Assembly (NCBI GenBank): GCA_012514635.1
Contig: JAAYZX010000007.1
Coordinates: forward strand, 23,735-87,734
Length of the DNA: 64,000 nt
Direction: 5' to 3'
DNA from: Actinomycetota bacterium
Lineage (GTDB): Bacteria > Actinomycetota > Thermoleophilia > RBG-16-64-13
Shown: in pieces, positions 9,518 through 18,649 of the stretch
Position numbering within the stretch: position 1 is the first letter of the stretch
Layout: each line of letters begins with the position of its first letter
Translations under genes and position numbers: made by a program
Notes under the pieces: model-generated
What the model saw: only the letters and a program-made list of their open reading frames with translations
Databases searched by the model: none
What the model was told of the DNA's origin: nothing

Positions 9518-9979
9518 ATGATCCACGTGGGAGAGAAGGCGCCGCTGTTCAAAGCGGAGGGCACGACAGGAATGATTGATCTGGGGGAGATGTTGGAGAG
9601 TGGACCGGTTGTCCTCTACTTCTTCCCAAAGGCCAACACCCCCGGCTGAACCATCGAAGCGGTTGAGTTCAACCGTCTATTGGACGATTTCGCAGAGCTG
9701 GGCGTGCGGGTGATCGGGATGTCTGTTGATTCGTTGAAAACACAGCAGAATTTTGCAGCCAAGCATGATCTGCGCTTCCCGTTGATAGGGGATAAAGAAC
9801 GGGTGGTGAGCGCCCGATACTTGGTGCTGAAATCTCCAACAGGGAGCACGGAGCGCGACACTGTGGTGATCGGACGCGACGGGATTGTGGTATTGGCTTA
9901 TCAACAAGTCAAGGCGGCGGGTCATGCGGCCCGCGTTCTGCAGGATGTGAAGGCTGCGCGCGCGGCCGGACGGCTGTAG
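9518..9979 (+). CDS. Selenocysteine-containing peroxiredoxin (Bcp/PrxQ-type AhpC/TSA family). In-frame TGA at 9647-9649 replaces the peroxidatic Cys.
   Basis: GAGGAG RBS 4 nt before the ATG at 9518. Translation gives ...[20 protein letters not shown].... This is the universal Prx motif P-x3-T-x2-C with the Cys codon as TGA. The same frame continues into the track ORF 9680..9979. A SECIS-like hairpin lies 10 nt downstream of the TGA. Confidence 0.7.
9660..9675 (+). promoter_or_regulatory. Candidate bacterial SECIS stem-loop (CGGTTG-AGTT-CAACCG; GU in the apical loop) starting 10 nt 3' of the UGA
   Basis: Inverted repeat seen directly. Spacing and loop GU resemble the fdhF-type bacterial SECIS. 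Confidence 0.45.
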
Positions 9980-9992
9980 CCGTCCGGCCGCG
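9961..9992 (+). terminator. Perfect 14-bp-stem hairpin (CGCGGCCGGACGGC-TGTA-GCCGTCCGGCCGCG) whose loop contains the Prx stop codon
   Basis: Exact inverted repeat. No clear U-tract follows, so this is a stabiliser or pause element rather than a classic terminator. Confidence 0.4.
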
Positions 9993-10083
9993 GCGAATGG
10001 ACATATGAGCGGGTACCGGCCGCGGGCGCTGAAGGCGCGCCGCGCGGCCGGTGGAGGAATACGACGTCTCCGGAGGTTCCCTG

Positions 10084-11691
10084 ATGAGCAGATGGGGTCG
10101 CATCGCACTGGTGATTGTCTGCGTGCTCTGCCTCGTGGTGACGGTGGGATGTGGTAGCCGGGAGGCTACCATGGATCAGCCGGTCCTTGATTCCGGAGCC
10201 ATCCGAGGCGTTCACACGGATGGTGTGTGGTCCTATCTCGGCATACCGTATGCTGCGTCACCCTTGGGGGAGCTGCGTTGGAGGCCTGCCGAGCCGGTAG
10301 AATCTTGGAAAGGTGTGCGCGTCTGCGACGCGTACGGACCCTCGTGTCCTCAGGAAGTCGGTGCCGTATCGATGGGGCCGCTGGGAGTGGGTGAGACAAG
10401 TGAAGACTGCCTCTACCTCAACGCGTGGTCTCCGGCAACAGACCCTGCGGACCGGCTTCCGGTCATGGTTTGGCTTCACGGTGGATCATTCGTGAGCGGA
10501 TCTGCGTCCATGGGATTGTACAACGGTGAGAATCTGGCGCGGTTGGGCGGGGTGGTGGTGATCGGCGTCAATTATCGTCTGGGTCCGTTGGGGTTTCTTG
10601 CCCACCCGGCTCTGAGCGCCGAGTCTCCCGACCGGGTTTCGGGAAACTATGGGCTAATGGACCAGGTGAGTGCTCTCGAATGGGTGCAGCGCAACGTCGC
10701 CTGTCTGGGGGGAGATCCCGAGCGGGTGACCGTGTTCGGAGAATCGGCAGGGGCTATGAGTATTCTCCACCTCATGGTGATGCCTCGAGCTGAGGGGCTG
10801 TTCCACCGTGCCATCCTGCAGAGCGCAGTCTTGTTGGAAGAGGGGTTTGGCGGACTGACCGGCGTCGATCTGGCCACTGCTGAGACCGCGGGGGCGGAAT
10901 TGATCTTGCGGCTGGGTGTGGGCAGGGACGATCCGGCCGCTATGCGTTCCGTCTCGCCGGAAGAGTTGTTGGCTGCGACTTCAGCGTTACCCACAGATTT
11001 TCTGAGTGACGGACTCTCCCTGGCACCGGTGGTGGACGGCGTGGTGGTACCGTTGTCTGTGTCACGTGCCTTTGCGGCAGGGATGCAGCACGAGGTGGCG
11101 TTGATCCTAGGCTCCAATGCCGATGAGGGCAACACGTTCCTTTCGTGGATGGAGGGGATGGAGGAGGAGAATTACTGCGCGTGGGCGAGAGGGCTCTTTG
11201 GACCTTGGGCCGATGAGGTGCTGGCCATGTACCCGTGTGGGGATGCGGAACGCAACATTTCAAGCATCAGTCGCATGTTGACGGAGTTGGGTTTTGCAGC
11301 AACTGCGCGCTACGTGACCGAGTCACAGGTTAGGACCAAAGAGTCTCCGGTCTATCTATACGAGTTCACGCGCGTACCACTCCAGATTGCTCTTCCCGGG
11401 GCTCCGCAGGGGGCCTTCCATGGTCTGGAGCTACCTTATGTGTTTGGGCAGGCGGCGCTGTTCGGGGTGGTCGACCCCGTTGATTTGGCGCTGTCGGAGC
11501 GCATTATGGAGATGTGGACCCGATTTGCAGCGACGGGTGATCCCAACCCGCCCGGAGATGAGCTGTGGCCGCGTTACACGGCGGCCACCGCCCACTACCT
11601 CGAACTGGGAGATAAGATAGTGGTAGGAAGTCGGCTGTATGAAGAGGCGTACGAGCTTTCCTGCCGCATTCGTGAGGCGGGTTTGCAGTGA
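10084..11691 (+). CDS. Carboxylesterase type B (para-nitrobenzyl esterase family), probable lipoprotein
   Basis: VWLHGGSFVSGS oxyanion-hole region and GESAGAMS nucleophile elbow. Lipobox ...VTVGC near the N-terminus. GGAGG RBS 7 nt before the ATG at 10084. Confidence 0.8.
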   Translation: MSRWGRIALVIVCVLCLVVTVGCGSREATMDQPVLDSGAIRGVHTDGVWSYLGIPYAASPLGELRWRPAEPVESWKGVRVCDAYGPSCPQEVGAVSMGPLGVGETSEDCLYLNAWSPATDPADRLPVMVWLHGGSFVSGSASMGLYNGENLARLGGVVVIGVNYRLGPLGFLAHPALSAESPDRVSGNYGLMDQVSALEWVQRNVACLGGDPERVTVFGESAGAMSILHLMVMPRAEGLFHRAILQSAVLLEEGFGGLTGVDLATAETAGAELILRLGVGRDDPAAMRSVSPEELLAATSALPTDFLSDGLSLAPVVDGVVVPLSVSRAFAAGMQHEVALILGSNADEGNTFLSWMEGMEEENYCAWARGLFGPWADEVLAMYPCGDAERNISSISRMLTELGFAATARYVTESQVRTKESPVYLYEFTRVPLQIALPGAPQGAFHGLELPYVFGQAALFGVVDPVDLALSERIMEMWTRFAATGDPNPPGDELWPRYTAATAHYLELGDKIVVGSRLYEEAYELSCRIREAGLQ

Positions 11692-11821
11692 GCAGCGATT
11701 AGGGCGGATGCTCAGTCGTCCAATGGAAGGGACGTTCAAAACGGCAGGAGCGTAGCAGAAGGGTGGTTCATGGCCGACTTCGACTTCCGGGGGACATGAT
11801 TCAGGGGAGGTGGCGACCGAC

Positions 11822-13492
11822 ATGAGTGCCGAACAGGAGGACTTCAAGATATCCGGACGCATCGTGGACGTAGTGGCGGGAGAGATCTTCCCCGGCACTG
11901 TGGAAGTTGTCCAGGGTCGCATAGCCGACATTCAGCGCGAGACCTCCGTTGGATCGGTGGGATATCAAGGACCCTTAGCCGATCGTTTCATCATGCCCGG
12001 TTTCGTCGATGCCCACGTACACGTGGAGAGTTCCATGCTCACCCCCGCGCAGTTCGCGCGACTGGCGGTGCGGCAGGGTACCGTGGCTGCTGTGAGCGAC
12101 CCCCACGAGATCGCCAACGTGCTGGGTGTTCCCGGTGTGGAGTTCATGCTGCGTGATGGAGCGGCGGCTCCGTTCACTTTCGCCTTCGGTGCCCCGTCTT
12201 GCGTGCCCGCTACACCCTTTGAATCATCGGGAGCGTATCTGGGACCGGAGGAGGTGGACGCACTCCTAGCTCGGGATGACATCTATTATCTGAGCGAGAT
12301 GATGAACTTCCCCGGGGTGATTCACGGCGATCCAGAGGTCGCAGCTAAGATTGCTGCGGCCAAGCGACACGGTAAGCCCATCGACGGCCATGCGCCGGGG
12401 GTGCGCGGCGAAGAACTGGTGGCATATGTAAACGCCGGCATCTCCACGGATCACGAGAGCCTCAGTTACGCGGAGGCTGAGGAGAAGATTCGGCTGGGGA
12501 TGAAGATCCTGATTCGCGATGGTTCGGCTGCTCATGAGTTTGACCTACTCTACCCGCTGATGCAGTCGTATCCGGAACAGTGCATGCTCTGCAGCGACGA
12601 CAAACATCCCCAGCACCTGGTCAAGGGACACATCAATGTCCTGGCCGCCAGGGCGGTGGCGGCGGGGATAGATCCGCTCACGGTCATCCGATGTGCCTGT
12701 CTGAATCCGGTGCGTCACTACGGTCTGGATGTGGGGTTGCTTCAGCCGGGCGATCCGGCGGATTTCATCGTTGTGGCCGACCTAGAAGACTTTGATGCCA
12801 TCGGTACATATGTCAAGGGACGGCTGGTGTCTGCCGACGGCACGCCGCTGTTTGCCGCCGACTGTGCTGAGCGCCCCAATCGCTTTGCCGCGCGCGAGCA
12901 GCGGGCGGAGGTCTTCGCAGTGACGGCGCGCCCGGGCCGGATCAACGTGATCGAGGCGCTGGACGGTCAGTTGGTGACGCGCAAATTGGTGGTGACACCG
13001 ACTGTGCGTAACGGGCAGGTGGTATCCGATACCGATCGCGACATCCTCAAAATCGTGGTGCTCAACCGTTATCAGGAGGCTCCTCCGGCAGTCGCCTTCA
13101 TCCGCAATGTGGGGTTGCAACGAGGAGCGATGGCCTCTTCAGTGGCGCACGACTCCCACAACATCGTGGCCGTGGGAACTTCCGACGAGGAATTAGCAGC
13201 GGCGGTCAACGAGGTCATTCGCAATCGGGGCGGCTTGGCAGTTGCCGTACAAGAGAATGTGCGTTCGTTGCCTCTTCCGATAGCGGGTCTCATGAGCCCA
13301 CTCGACGGCCTCGATGTGGCGGAGATTTACGATGCCCTGGATCGCGCAGCTAAGGACTTGGGATCTAGGTTATCAGCGCCCTTCATGACACTATCGTTTA
13401 TGGCTTTGTTGGTAATCCCCAGTCTCAAGATAAGTGATGTAGGCCTGTTCAACGCTGAGGCGTTCAAAGGTGTCAATCTATTTGTCGATTGA
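11822..13492 (+). CDS. ade: Adenine deaminase
   Basis: GFVDAHVHVESS metal-binding motif, DGHAPG, and length about 557 aa are typical of adenine deaminase (amidohydrolase superfamily). An alternative GTG start lies at 11810. Confidence 0.85.
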   Translation: MSAEQEDFKISGRIVDVVAGEIFPGTVEVVQGRIADIQRETSVGSVGYQGPLADRFIMPGFVDAHVHVESSMLTPAQFARLAVRQGTVAAVSDPHEIANVLGVPGVEFMLRDGAAAPFTFAFGAPSCVPATPFESSGAYLGPEEVDALLARDDIYYLSEMMNFPGVIHGDPEVAAKIAAAKRHGKPIDGHAPGVRGEELVAYVNAGISTDHESLSYAEAEEKIRLGMKILIRDGSAAHEFDLLYPLMQSYPEQCMLCSDDKHPQHLVKGHINVLAARAVAAGIDPLTVIRCACLNPVRHYGLDVGLLQPGDPADFIVVADLEDFDAIGTYVKGRLVSADGTPLFAADCAERPNRFAAREQRAEVFAVTARPGRINVIEALDGQLVTRKLVVTPTVRNGQVVSDTDRDILKIVVLNRYQEAPPAVAFIRNVGLQRGAMASSVAHDSHNIVAVGTSDEELAAAVNEVIRNRGGLAVAVQENVRSLPLPIAGLMSPLDGLDVAEIYDALDRAAKDLGSRLSAPFMTLSFMALLVIPSLKISDVGLFNAEAFKGVNLFVD

Positions 13493-13518
13493 CTCGGGGG
13501 TGATGGCGGGTTCACTTC

Positions 13519-14205
13519 CTACTTCATATTAGTGCGGTTGGTGTACTCACGGTTTAGCTGGATCTTGTCCTGCTCCCACAGAAGCTGCGCCTCTTGGGCC
13601 CGCCTCACCGCTTGTTGCCCCGTCCGCCGATTTCTACGTCCCATGTAGCGCACTATGGCGCGCCATGTGCGCACTATGGCGTTGGTAGGCGCATCAGCTC
13701 CGTCGCTTTGGAGACCGGAGAGGGTGAAATAGCCCGGAAATCGGGCCTTGGGGTCCAGTTCATCATCATCGAGGCCGAGACGATTGAGGAGCCTGAAGCC
13801 GGCGTTGCGTACCAGGGGATGGTGAGATGCCGCCCATCGCGGAACCAGGTGGCGCGCTGCCGGTGACTTGGTCAGCAGATGATCTACCAGGTAGGTGGTC
13901 AGTTCTTCGTGGGTTAGTTGGTGAACCCAGCGGTCCAGTTGATCGGCTTGGGTTTTCTTCGGCTCTTCGAGGCGAATGGCAAGCAGGCGCGTCTCGCGCA
14001 GTCCCTCGGCCCACAGCTTCTGGGCCAGGCGGTGGTCTCGGTCCATTTGGCGGGCGATGTCTTCAATCGTCGCCGTATCCACACCGATGACCTCCTGTGG
14101 GTTCCAGCCCAGACCCGTAAGTGCCTGGGCCAACAGCGGATCGCCTGCGGCATGGAGCCGCTCGAGTGCCGCAGAGGTGTCTGGAGCTGTATCATCGAAG
14201 TGCAC
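13519..14205 (-). CDS. DNA alkylation repair (AlkD-like HEAT-repeat) family protein, tentative
   Basis: 228-aa helical-repeat protein with Trp/Arg-rich repeats, weakly reminiscent of AlkC/AlkD. GTG start. Family call is tentative. Confidence 0.35.
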   Translation of the reverse strand: MHFDDTAPDTSAALERLHAAGDPLLAQALTGLGWNPQEVIGVDTATIEDIARQMDRDHRLAQKLWAEGLRETRLLAIRLEEPKKTQADQLDRWVHQLTHEELTTYLVDHLLTKSPAARHLVPRWAASHHPLVRNAGFRLLNRLGLDDDELDPKARFPGYFTLSGLQSDGADAPTNAIVRTWRAIVRYMGRRNRRTGQQAVRRAQEAQLLWEQDKIQLNREYTNRTNMK

Positions 14206-14281
14206 GTGTGAATGGTATCAGCGTTCGGGCACCTTTGGTCTTGGACGACAAATGGCGTTGTCCCTTAGCGAAGGGGATGGC

Positions 14282-15028
14282 ATGAGTATGCAGAAAAGTA
14301 TGAATCGCGGAACGGTGATCGTCGGCGCGGTGTTGATTGCGGTGGGGATTCTTTTCCTGATAGCCTCCGTGCTGGGTAGGGACGTGGTGAAGGGATGGTG
14401 GCCCCTCATCGTGGTAGTGGTGGGGCTGTTGTTCTTTCTTCCGTTGACGCTTCAGAGTTCGGGGTGGGGTGCTTTTGCCATCCCGGGCAGTATCGTGACC
14501 ATGACCGGTCTTGTGCTGCTTTTCCAGAACCTGTTGGATGCGTGGGAGAGTTGGGCGTATGCATGGGCTTTGATCGCTCCGTTCGGAGTGGGTGTGGGTC
14601 TTCACATATTCGGACGGGTGGCAGGATCGCAGAGCCTGCGCGAGGCGGGATCGGTCGTTATGAAGATAGGGCTTGTTCTCTTCTTCGCCTTCGGATTCTT
14701 CTTCGAGGCTTTGCTCAATGTGAGCGGCAGCTCGGCTACCCGCATCCTATGGCCGGTCCTCCTCATCGCGCTCGGCCTGTGGATCATGTTGGCCCCGGTA
14801 GTGCGTAGAAGACAGAATCCGGCTATGGAACCGTCGGTGAAGGCGCAGACGTGGACTACATCGGCACCGGAACCCTCCGATGTAGTGGTTCCGGCTCCTG
14901 CTGCTCCCGCTGCTCTTTCAGTTGAGTGCTCGGAATGCGGTGCTCCGGTGCTGGAGAAGGCGGCCTTCTGCGGCCGATGCGGGGCACGATTGGCGCAAAG
15001 CGATATGTTGCCGGACGAGAGGCATTGA
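14282..15028 (+). CDS. Membrane protein (about 6 TM helices) with a C-terminal CxxC...CxxC zinc-ribbon
   Basis: AGGGGA RBS before the ATG at 14282. The longer track ORF start would overlap the divergent gene. Hydrophobic helices, then ECSECGAPVLEKAAFCGRCGA. Confidence 0.45.
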   Translation: MSMQKSMNRGTVIVGAVLIAVGILFLIASVLGRDVVKGWWPLIVVVVGLLFFLPLTLQSSGWGAFAIPGSIVTMTGLVLLFQNLLDAWESWAYAWALIAPFGVGVGLHIFGRVAGSQSLREAGSVVMKIGLVLFFAFGFFFEALLNVSGSSATRILWPVLLIALGLWIMLAPVVRRRQNPAMEPSVKAQTWTTSAPEPSDVVVPAPAAPAALSVECSECGAPVLEKAAFCGRCGARLAQSDMLPDERH

Positions 15029-15147
15029 TGTTCTCGAGTCTGGGGGCGCGGCGGCCCTTGGGTCAGAATGCCCGTGTCGTCTGGGAAGAAGAGCCACGGG
15101 CTGTGCCGGCCGGGAAGTGAGAAGTCGGCGGGTGGAAGGTGGACGCA

Positions 15148-16686
15148 ATGGCGCTGCGTGATCAGCTGGAACTGGGTCCTCGGGAAGTGATTTGTCTCGT
15201 GGGCGGGGGAGGCAAGAGCACATTCATGGAGGCTCTTGCCCGAGACTATGAAAGAAGCCACGCCGGCGTACTCATCACTACTACCACGAAAATCTTCCCA
15301 CCTTTGGCGAACAGACGTGGTGAGGCGCAGCAAGAAGAGGAGGACTGGGCGGGCGTGCAGGGCCGCCCAAACGCGCAAAGCTCGACGAATGCGGAGGCTT
15401 CGATCGGAGCGGAGACTTCGGTGAGTGTGGAGTGTTGGCCGGGCTTGCGTCCTCTCGTGCTGGGGGAGAGCGTAGCTGCGCTGCGGAGGGCCCTGGGAGA
15501 GGGAAGTGATGGGTCCACAACTTCGGTCTCCACTGTTGGGGACACGTGGGAACCTTCTCCGGTGGTGGGCACCGCAGTGCTCTCCTCAGGCAAACTAGAC
15601 GGCGTGCCGGTGGAATGGGTGCCCAAACTGCGCGACCTGCCGGGTGTGGAGGCGGTCCTGATCGAGGCGGATGGAGCGGCTCGGCTTCCGCTCAAGGCTC
15701 CGGCGTCGTACGAACCCGTTATTCCTTCTTGCGCAACGCTGGTGATCGCGCTGTGTGGACTTGACGCTCAGTGGACGCCGCTCGATGACGAACACGTGCA
15801 CCGTGCGGCCCTTCTGGCAGAGCTTCTGGGCCTACCTGCTGGAGTATCTGTGCCGCCGGAAGCGTTGTTGCCGGCGTTGATCTTGGGGTATCAGAACGCG
15901 GTCCCAGAGCATGCCAGACTGGTCGCCTTCTTCAACAAAGCGGACGCTCATCCGCCCGACCAGGTGCTGGTAGAGTTGGCACGTTGTGCGCCGGTGGATG
16001 TCTGGATGGGCGCCGCGCATCCGGACACCGGGCCTTTGTTTGAGTGTGTCCGGCATATCCCGCGGCGGCCTGTGGCCGTCGTGCTGGCGGCGGGCCTCAG
16101 CCGGCGCATGAGAGGTCGCGCCAAGGTTACGTTGGAGCTGGATGGAGTCAGCTTGGTAGGCCTGGCGGTACGTGCGGCTCTGGACGGAGGAGCACAGCCT
16201 CCGGTACAGGTGGTGGCCGGGCAGGAATATGACGCCATTCGGGAAGCACTGGAGCGTGACGTTCCCATGGGCCGTCATGGTTGCGACCGCTGGAGGATTA
16301 TCCGTAACCATCAGCCTGAACGGGGTATCGGTAGCTCGTTGGCCCTGGCGGCGAAGCAGGCTCGAGGTCGCGATTTGCTGGTGTTGCTGGCAGACCAACC
16401 TTTCGTGCGCGGTACAACGGTGAAGCGGCTGTTGGATGCTTGGGAGCGGGAAACCACAGCGGCGGCTGCAGTGCTGGAGGATTTGGCGGGAGTTTGGGGA
16501 CCGCCCGTGGTGATAAACCGCTCTCTACTACCGCAGGTCCTTGCCCTCACCGGCGATGAAGGAGCGCGTACGGTGCTTGAGGAATTCGACGCGCGTCTGG
16601 TGCGGGTACCGGCACAGGGGGCGGAGCGGCACGACGTGGATTCTGACAAAGACTTAGGCCACGCGGAGAGATTGAGTCGGCTTTAA
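15148..16686 (+). CDS. Fusion protein with an N-terminal YqeC-family (selenium-dependent hydroxylase accessory) domain and a C-terminal MobA-like NTP-transferase domain (MocA/YgfJ-like)
   Basis: N-terminus VICLVGGGGKSTFM is a P-loop-like motif typical of YqeC (TIGR03172). C-terminal 200 aa VAVVLAAGLSRRM...LLVLLADQPFV is the MobA/MocA nucleotidyltransferase signature. GGAAGGTGG RBS before the ATG at 15148. Confidence 0.55.
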   Translation: MALRDQLELGPREVICLVGGGGKSTFMEALARDYERSHAGVLITTTTKIFPPLANRRGEAQQEEEDWAGVQGRPNAQSSTNAEASIGAETSVSVECWPGLRPLVLGESVAALRRALGEGSDGSTTSVSTVGDTWEPSPVVGTAVLSSGKLDGVPVEWVPKLRDLPGVEAVLIEADGAARLPLKAPASYEPVIPSCATLVIALCGLDAQWTPLDDEHVHRAALLAELLGLPAGVSVPPEALLPALILGYQNAVPEHARLVAFFNKADAHPPDQVLVELARCAPVDVWMGAAHPDTGPLFECVRHIPRRPVAVVLAAGLSRRMRGRAKVTLELDGVSLVGLAVRAALDGGAQPPVQVVAGQEYDAIREALERDVPMGRHGCDRWRIIRNHQPERGIGSSLALAAKQARGRDLLVLLADQPFVRGTTVKRLLDAWERETTAAAAVLEDLAGVWGPPVVINRSLLPQVLALTGDEGARTVLEEFDARLVRVPAQGAERHDVDSDKDLGHAERLSRL

Positions 16687-16814
16687 CGGTTGGCGGTTGA
16701 GTCGCCTCTGGGTGTTGGCGTAGAGAGTGCGGCTACTGTGCCACCCTTTTCAGAGCATGTGTTCATCTGTATCATGGCACCCCATAAAATGCGGGGTTCT
16801 CGTAGGAGCGGCCG

Positions 16815-17225
16815 GTGAGCGTTCGCCAATTTTCACTGTTTGTGGAGAACAAGGCGGGGCGGATAGCCCAGATTGCCGGTGTGCTCGCTGCGAGGAAGAT
16901 TAACATCTTTGGATTCTGCCTGGCCGATACCGGTGATTACGGCATCGTGAGGCTGGTGGTCAGCAAGGCTGATGAGGCGGCTGAGGCTTTGCGGGGGGAA
17001 GGATTCACCGTCAAAGAAAACAAGGTCCTCTGTGTTAGACTACCCAACGAGCCCGGCGCTCTGGCCACACTGGGTGCCATAGTGACCGGGTCGGGTAGCA
17101 ACATAGATTATCTCTACTGGGGGGCCCGCGAGTCGGTCATATTCATGACGGATGATATCGAGGGCCTGGAACGTACGCTTACGGACAAGGGGCTACCATG
17201 CTTAGCGGATTCCGATATTGACTGA
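16815..17225 (+). CDS. ACT-domain protein (tandem ACT)
   Basis: FSLFVENKAGRIAQIAGVLAARKINI ACT fold. AGGAG RBS before the GTG at 16815. Commonly precedes Liv-type transporter/PaaK clusters in anaerobes. Confidence 0.7.
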   Translation: MSVRQFSLFVENKAGRIAQIAGVLAARKINIFGFCLADTGDYGIVRLVVSKADEAAEALRGEGFTVKENKVLCVRLPNEPGALATLGAIVTGSGSNIDYLYWGARESVIFMTDDIEGLERTLTDKGLPCLADSDID

Positions 17226-17295
17226 GCTGGAAAGGCCCAACTGTTCCGTGTAGCCGTGCCGGTTTTGCCGGCGTGTTCGTATCCAGGAGAGTGTC

Positions 17296-18522
17296 ATGCG
17301 TAAGTCGCGTAAGGCGGTTCTTACCGCTACATCTATAGCCGTTCTCGCAGTACTTCTAGCCGTATTCCTTGCGGCCTGCGGCGCCACTACCACAACTTCG
17401 GATGCCGGTTCCGCCACTGAGACCGATCAGAGCTTGGAACCCAGTGGTGATCCCATTGTTATCGGCGCCGTGGTATCCACCACCGGCCCCAATGCTCCCC
17501 TGGGGGAGCCTGAGCGCAACACCCTCGAGCTCATGGAAGATAAGATCAATGCTGAGGGCGGTGTGCTCGGTCGGCCTTTGAAGATCGTCATCCTTGATGA
17601 TCAGAGCAATGCCAAAGAGGCGGTGACCGCCACTCAGCGCCTGATCAACCAAGAGAAAGTGGTGGCTCTCATTGGAGCCAGCGGTTCGGCTACCACGTTG
17701 GCCATGAAACCCATAGCGGCACAGGCCGGAATTCCGCAGATAGCTATGGCTGCGGGCAATACTATTACGGACGAGCCGCCCCTGGATTGGGTCTGGCGCG
17801 TTGCTCCCAAGGACGATCTGGCAGTGGAACGGGCCTGCAAGTACATCGCCGAGGACCTCGGACTGAAGAAGATCGCCGTGCTGTACGACGAGAATGCCTT
17901 CGGCTCTTCGGGGATGGCTCAGATAGACGAGGTCAAAGATGTCTATGGTCTTGAGGTGGTGGCTAGGGAGTCCTACAAGACCGACGAAACCGATCTCACT
18001 GCGCAGCTGACCAAACTGCGTGGGTCAAACCCGGAAGCTCTTGTGGTGTGGGGCACCAACCCTGGGCCGGCCGTAGCAGCCAAGAATCTGAAGCAACTCG
18101 GTTGGCCGCTGCCCTATGTGGGTAGTCACGGTATCGCCAACTTCAAGTTTATCGAACTGGCCGGCGATGCGGCAGAGGGTGTGGTTTTCCCCAGCACCAA
18201 GATCCTTTTCCCGCAGTCCATCACAGACGAGGGACAGAAGCAGGTTATCGATACCTTCATCTCCGATTACACGGAGCGCTTCGGCGAGGCCCCCAACCAC
18301 TTCGCCAGTCACGGATGGGATGCCATCTCGTTACTGGTGAAGGCCATCGAGGACGCACAGGACACCAAGCCGGATGCCATTGCGGCTGCACTCAATGCCA
18401 TAAGCGGCTTTGCGGGAGCAGATGGAATCTTCAACTATTCGCCCACCAACCACGATGGCCTGGCCGTGGATGATCTCATCATGGTTGAGATCGAGGACGC
18501 CTCGTGGGTTCTGGCGCAGTAG
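17296..18522 (+). CDS. ABC transporter substrate-binding lipoprotein, branched-chain/aromatic amino acid (LivK/Leu-Ile-Val-binding) family
   Basis: Lipobox LAAC, then a Thr/Ser-rich linker. Periplasmic-binding-protein type I fold motifs. Followed by permease and ATPase genes. Confidence 0.85.
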   Translation: MRKSRKAVLTATSIAVLAVLLAVFLAACGATTTTSDAGSATETDQSLEPSGDPIVIGAVVSTTGPNAPLGEPERNTLELMEDKINAEGGVLGRPLKIVILDDQSNAKEAVTATQRLINQEKVVALIGASGSATTLAMKPIAAQAGIPQIAMAAGNTITDEPPLDWVWRVAPKDDLAVERACKYIAEDLGLKKIAVLYDENAFGSSGMAQIDEVKDVYGLEVVARESYKTDETDLTAQLTKLRGSNPEALVVWGTNPGPAVAAKNLKQLGWPLPYVGSHGIANFKFIELAGDAAEGVVFPSTKILFPQSITDEGQKQVIDTFISDYTERFGEAPNHFASHGWDAISLLVKAIEDAQDTKPDAIAAALNAISGFAGADGIFNYSPTNHDGLAVDDLIMVEIEDASWVLAQ

Positions 18523-18550
18523 GAGGTAGTTGTAGCGCTGTAGGAACTCG

Positions 18551-18631
18551 GATTGAGGCGGAGGCGGGCCGGACGGCCCGCCTCCGCCTCAATCCCCACC
18601 CCCGGCGGCCGCAGGCCGCCGGGGGTGGGGG
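18551..18631 (+). promoter_or_regulatory. Two tandem GC-rich perfect hairpins (20-bp and 16-bp stems) between the binding-protein gene and the first permease gene
   Basis: GATTGAGGCGGAGGCGGGCC-GGAC-GGCCCGCCTCCGCCTCAATC is immediately followed by CCCCACCCCCGGCGGC-CGCAG-GCCGCCGGGGGTGGGG. No U-tract. Confidence 0.55.
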
Positions 18632-18649
18632 TACCAGGAACTTTGCAGC

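Noticed and set aside
13976-15028. 350-aa version of the membrane/zinc-ribbon ORF starting at 13976
   Set aside because: Its first 100 codons overlap the opposite-strand AlkD-like gene and are low-complexity. An AGGGGA RBS supports the internal start at 14282.
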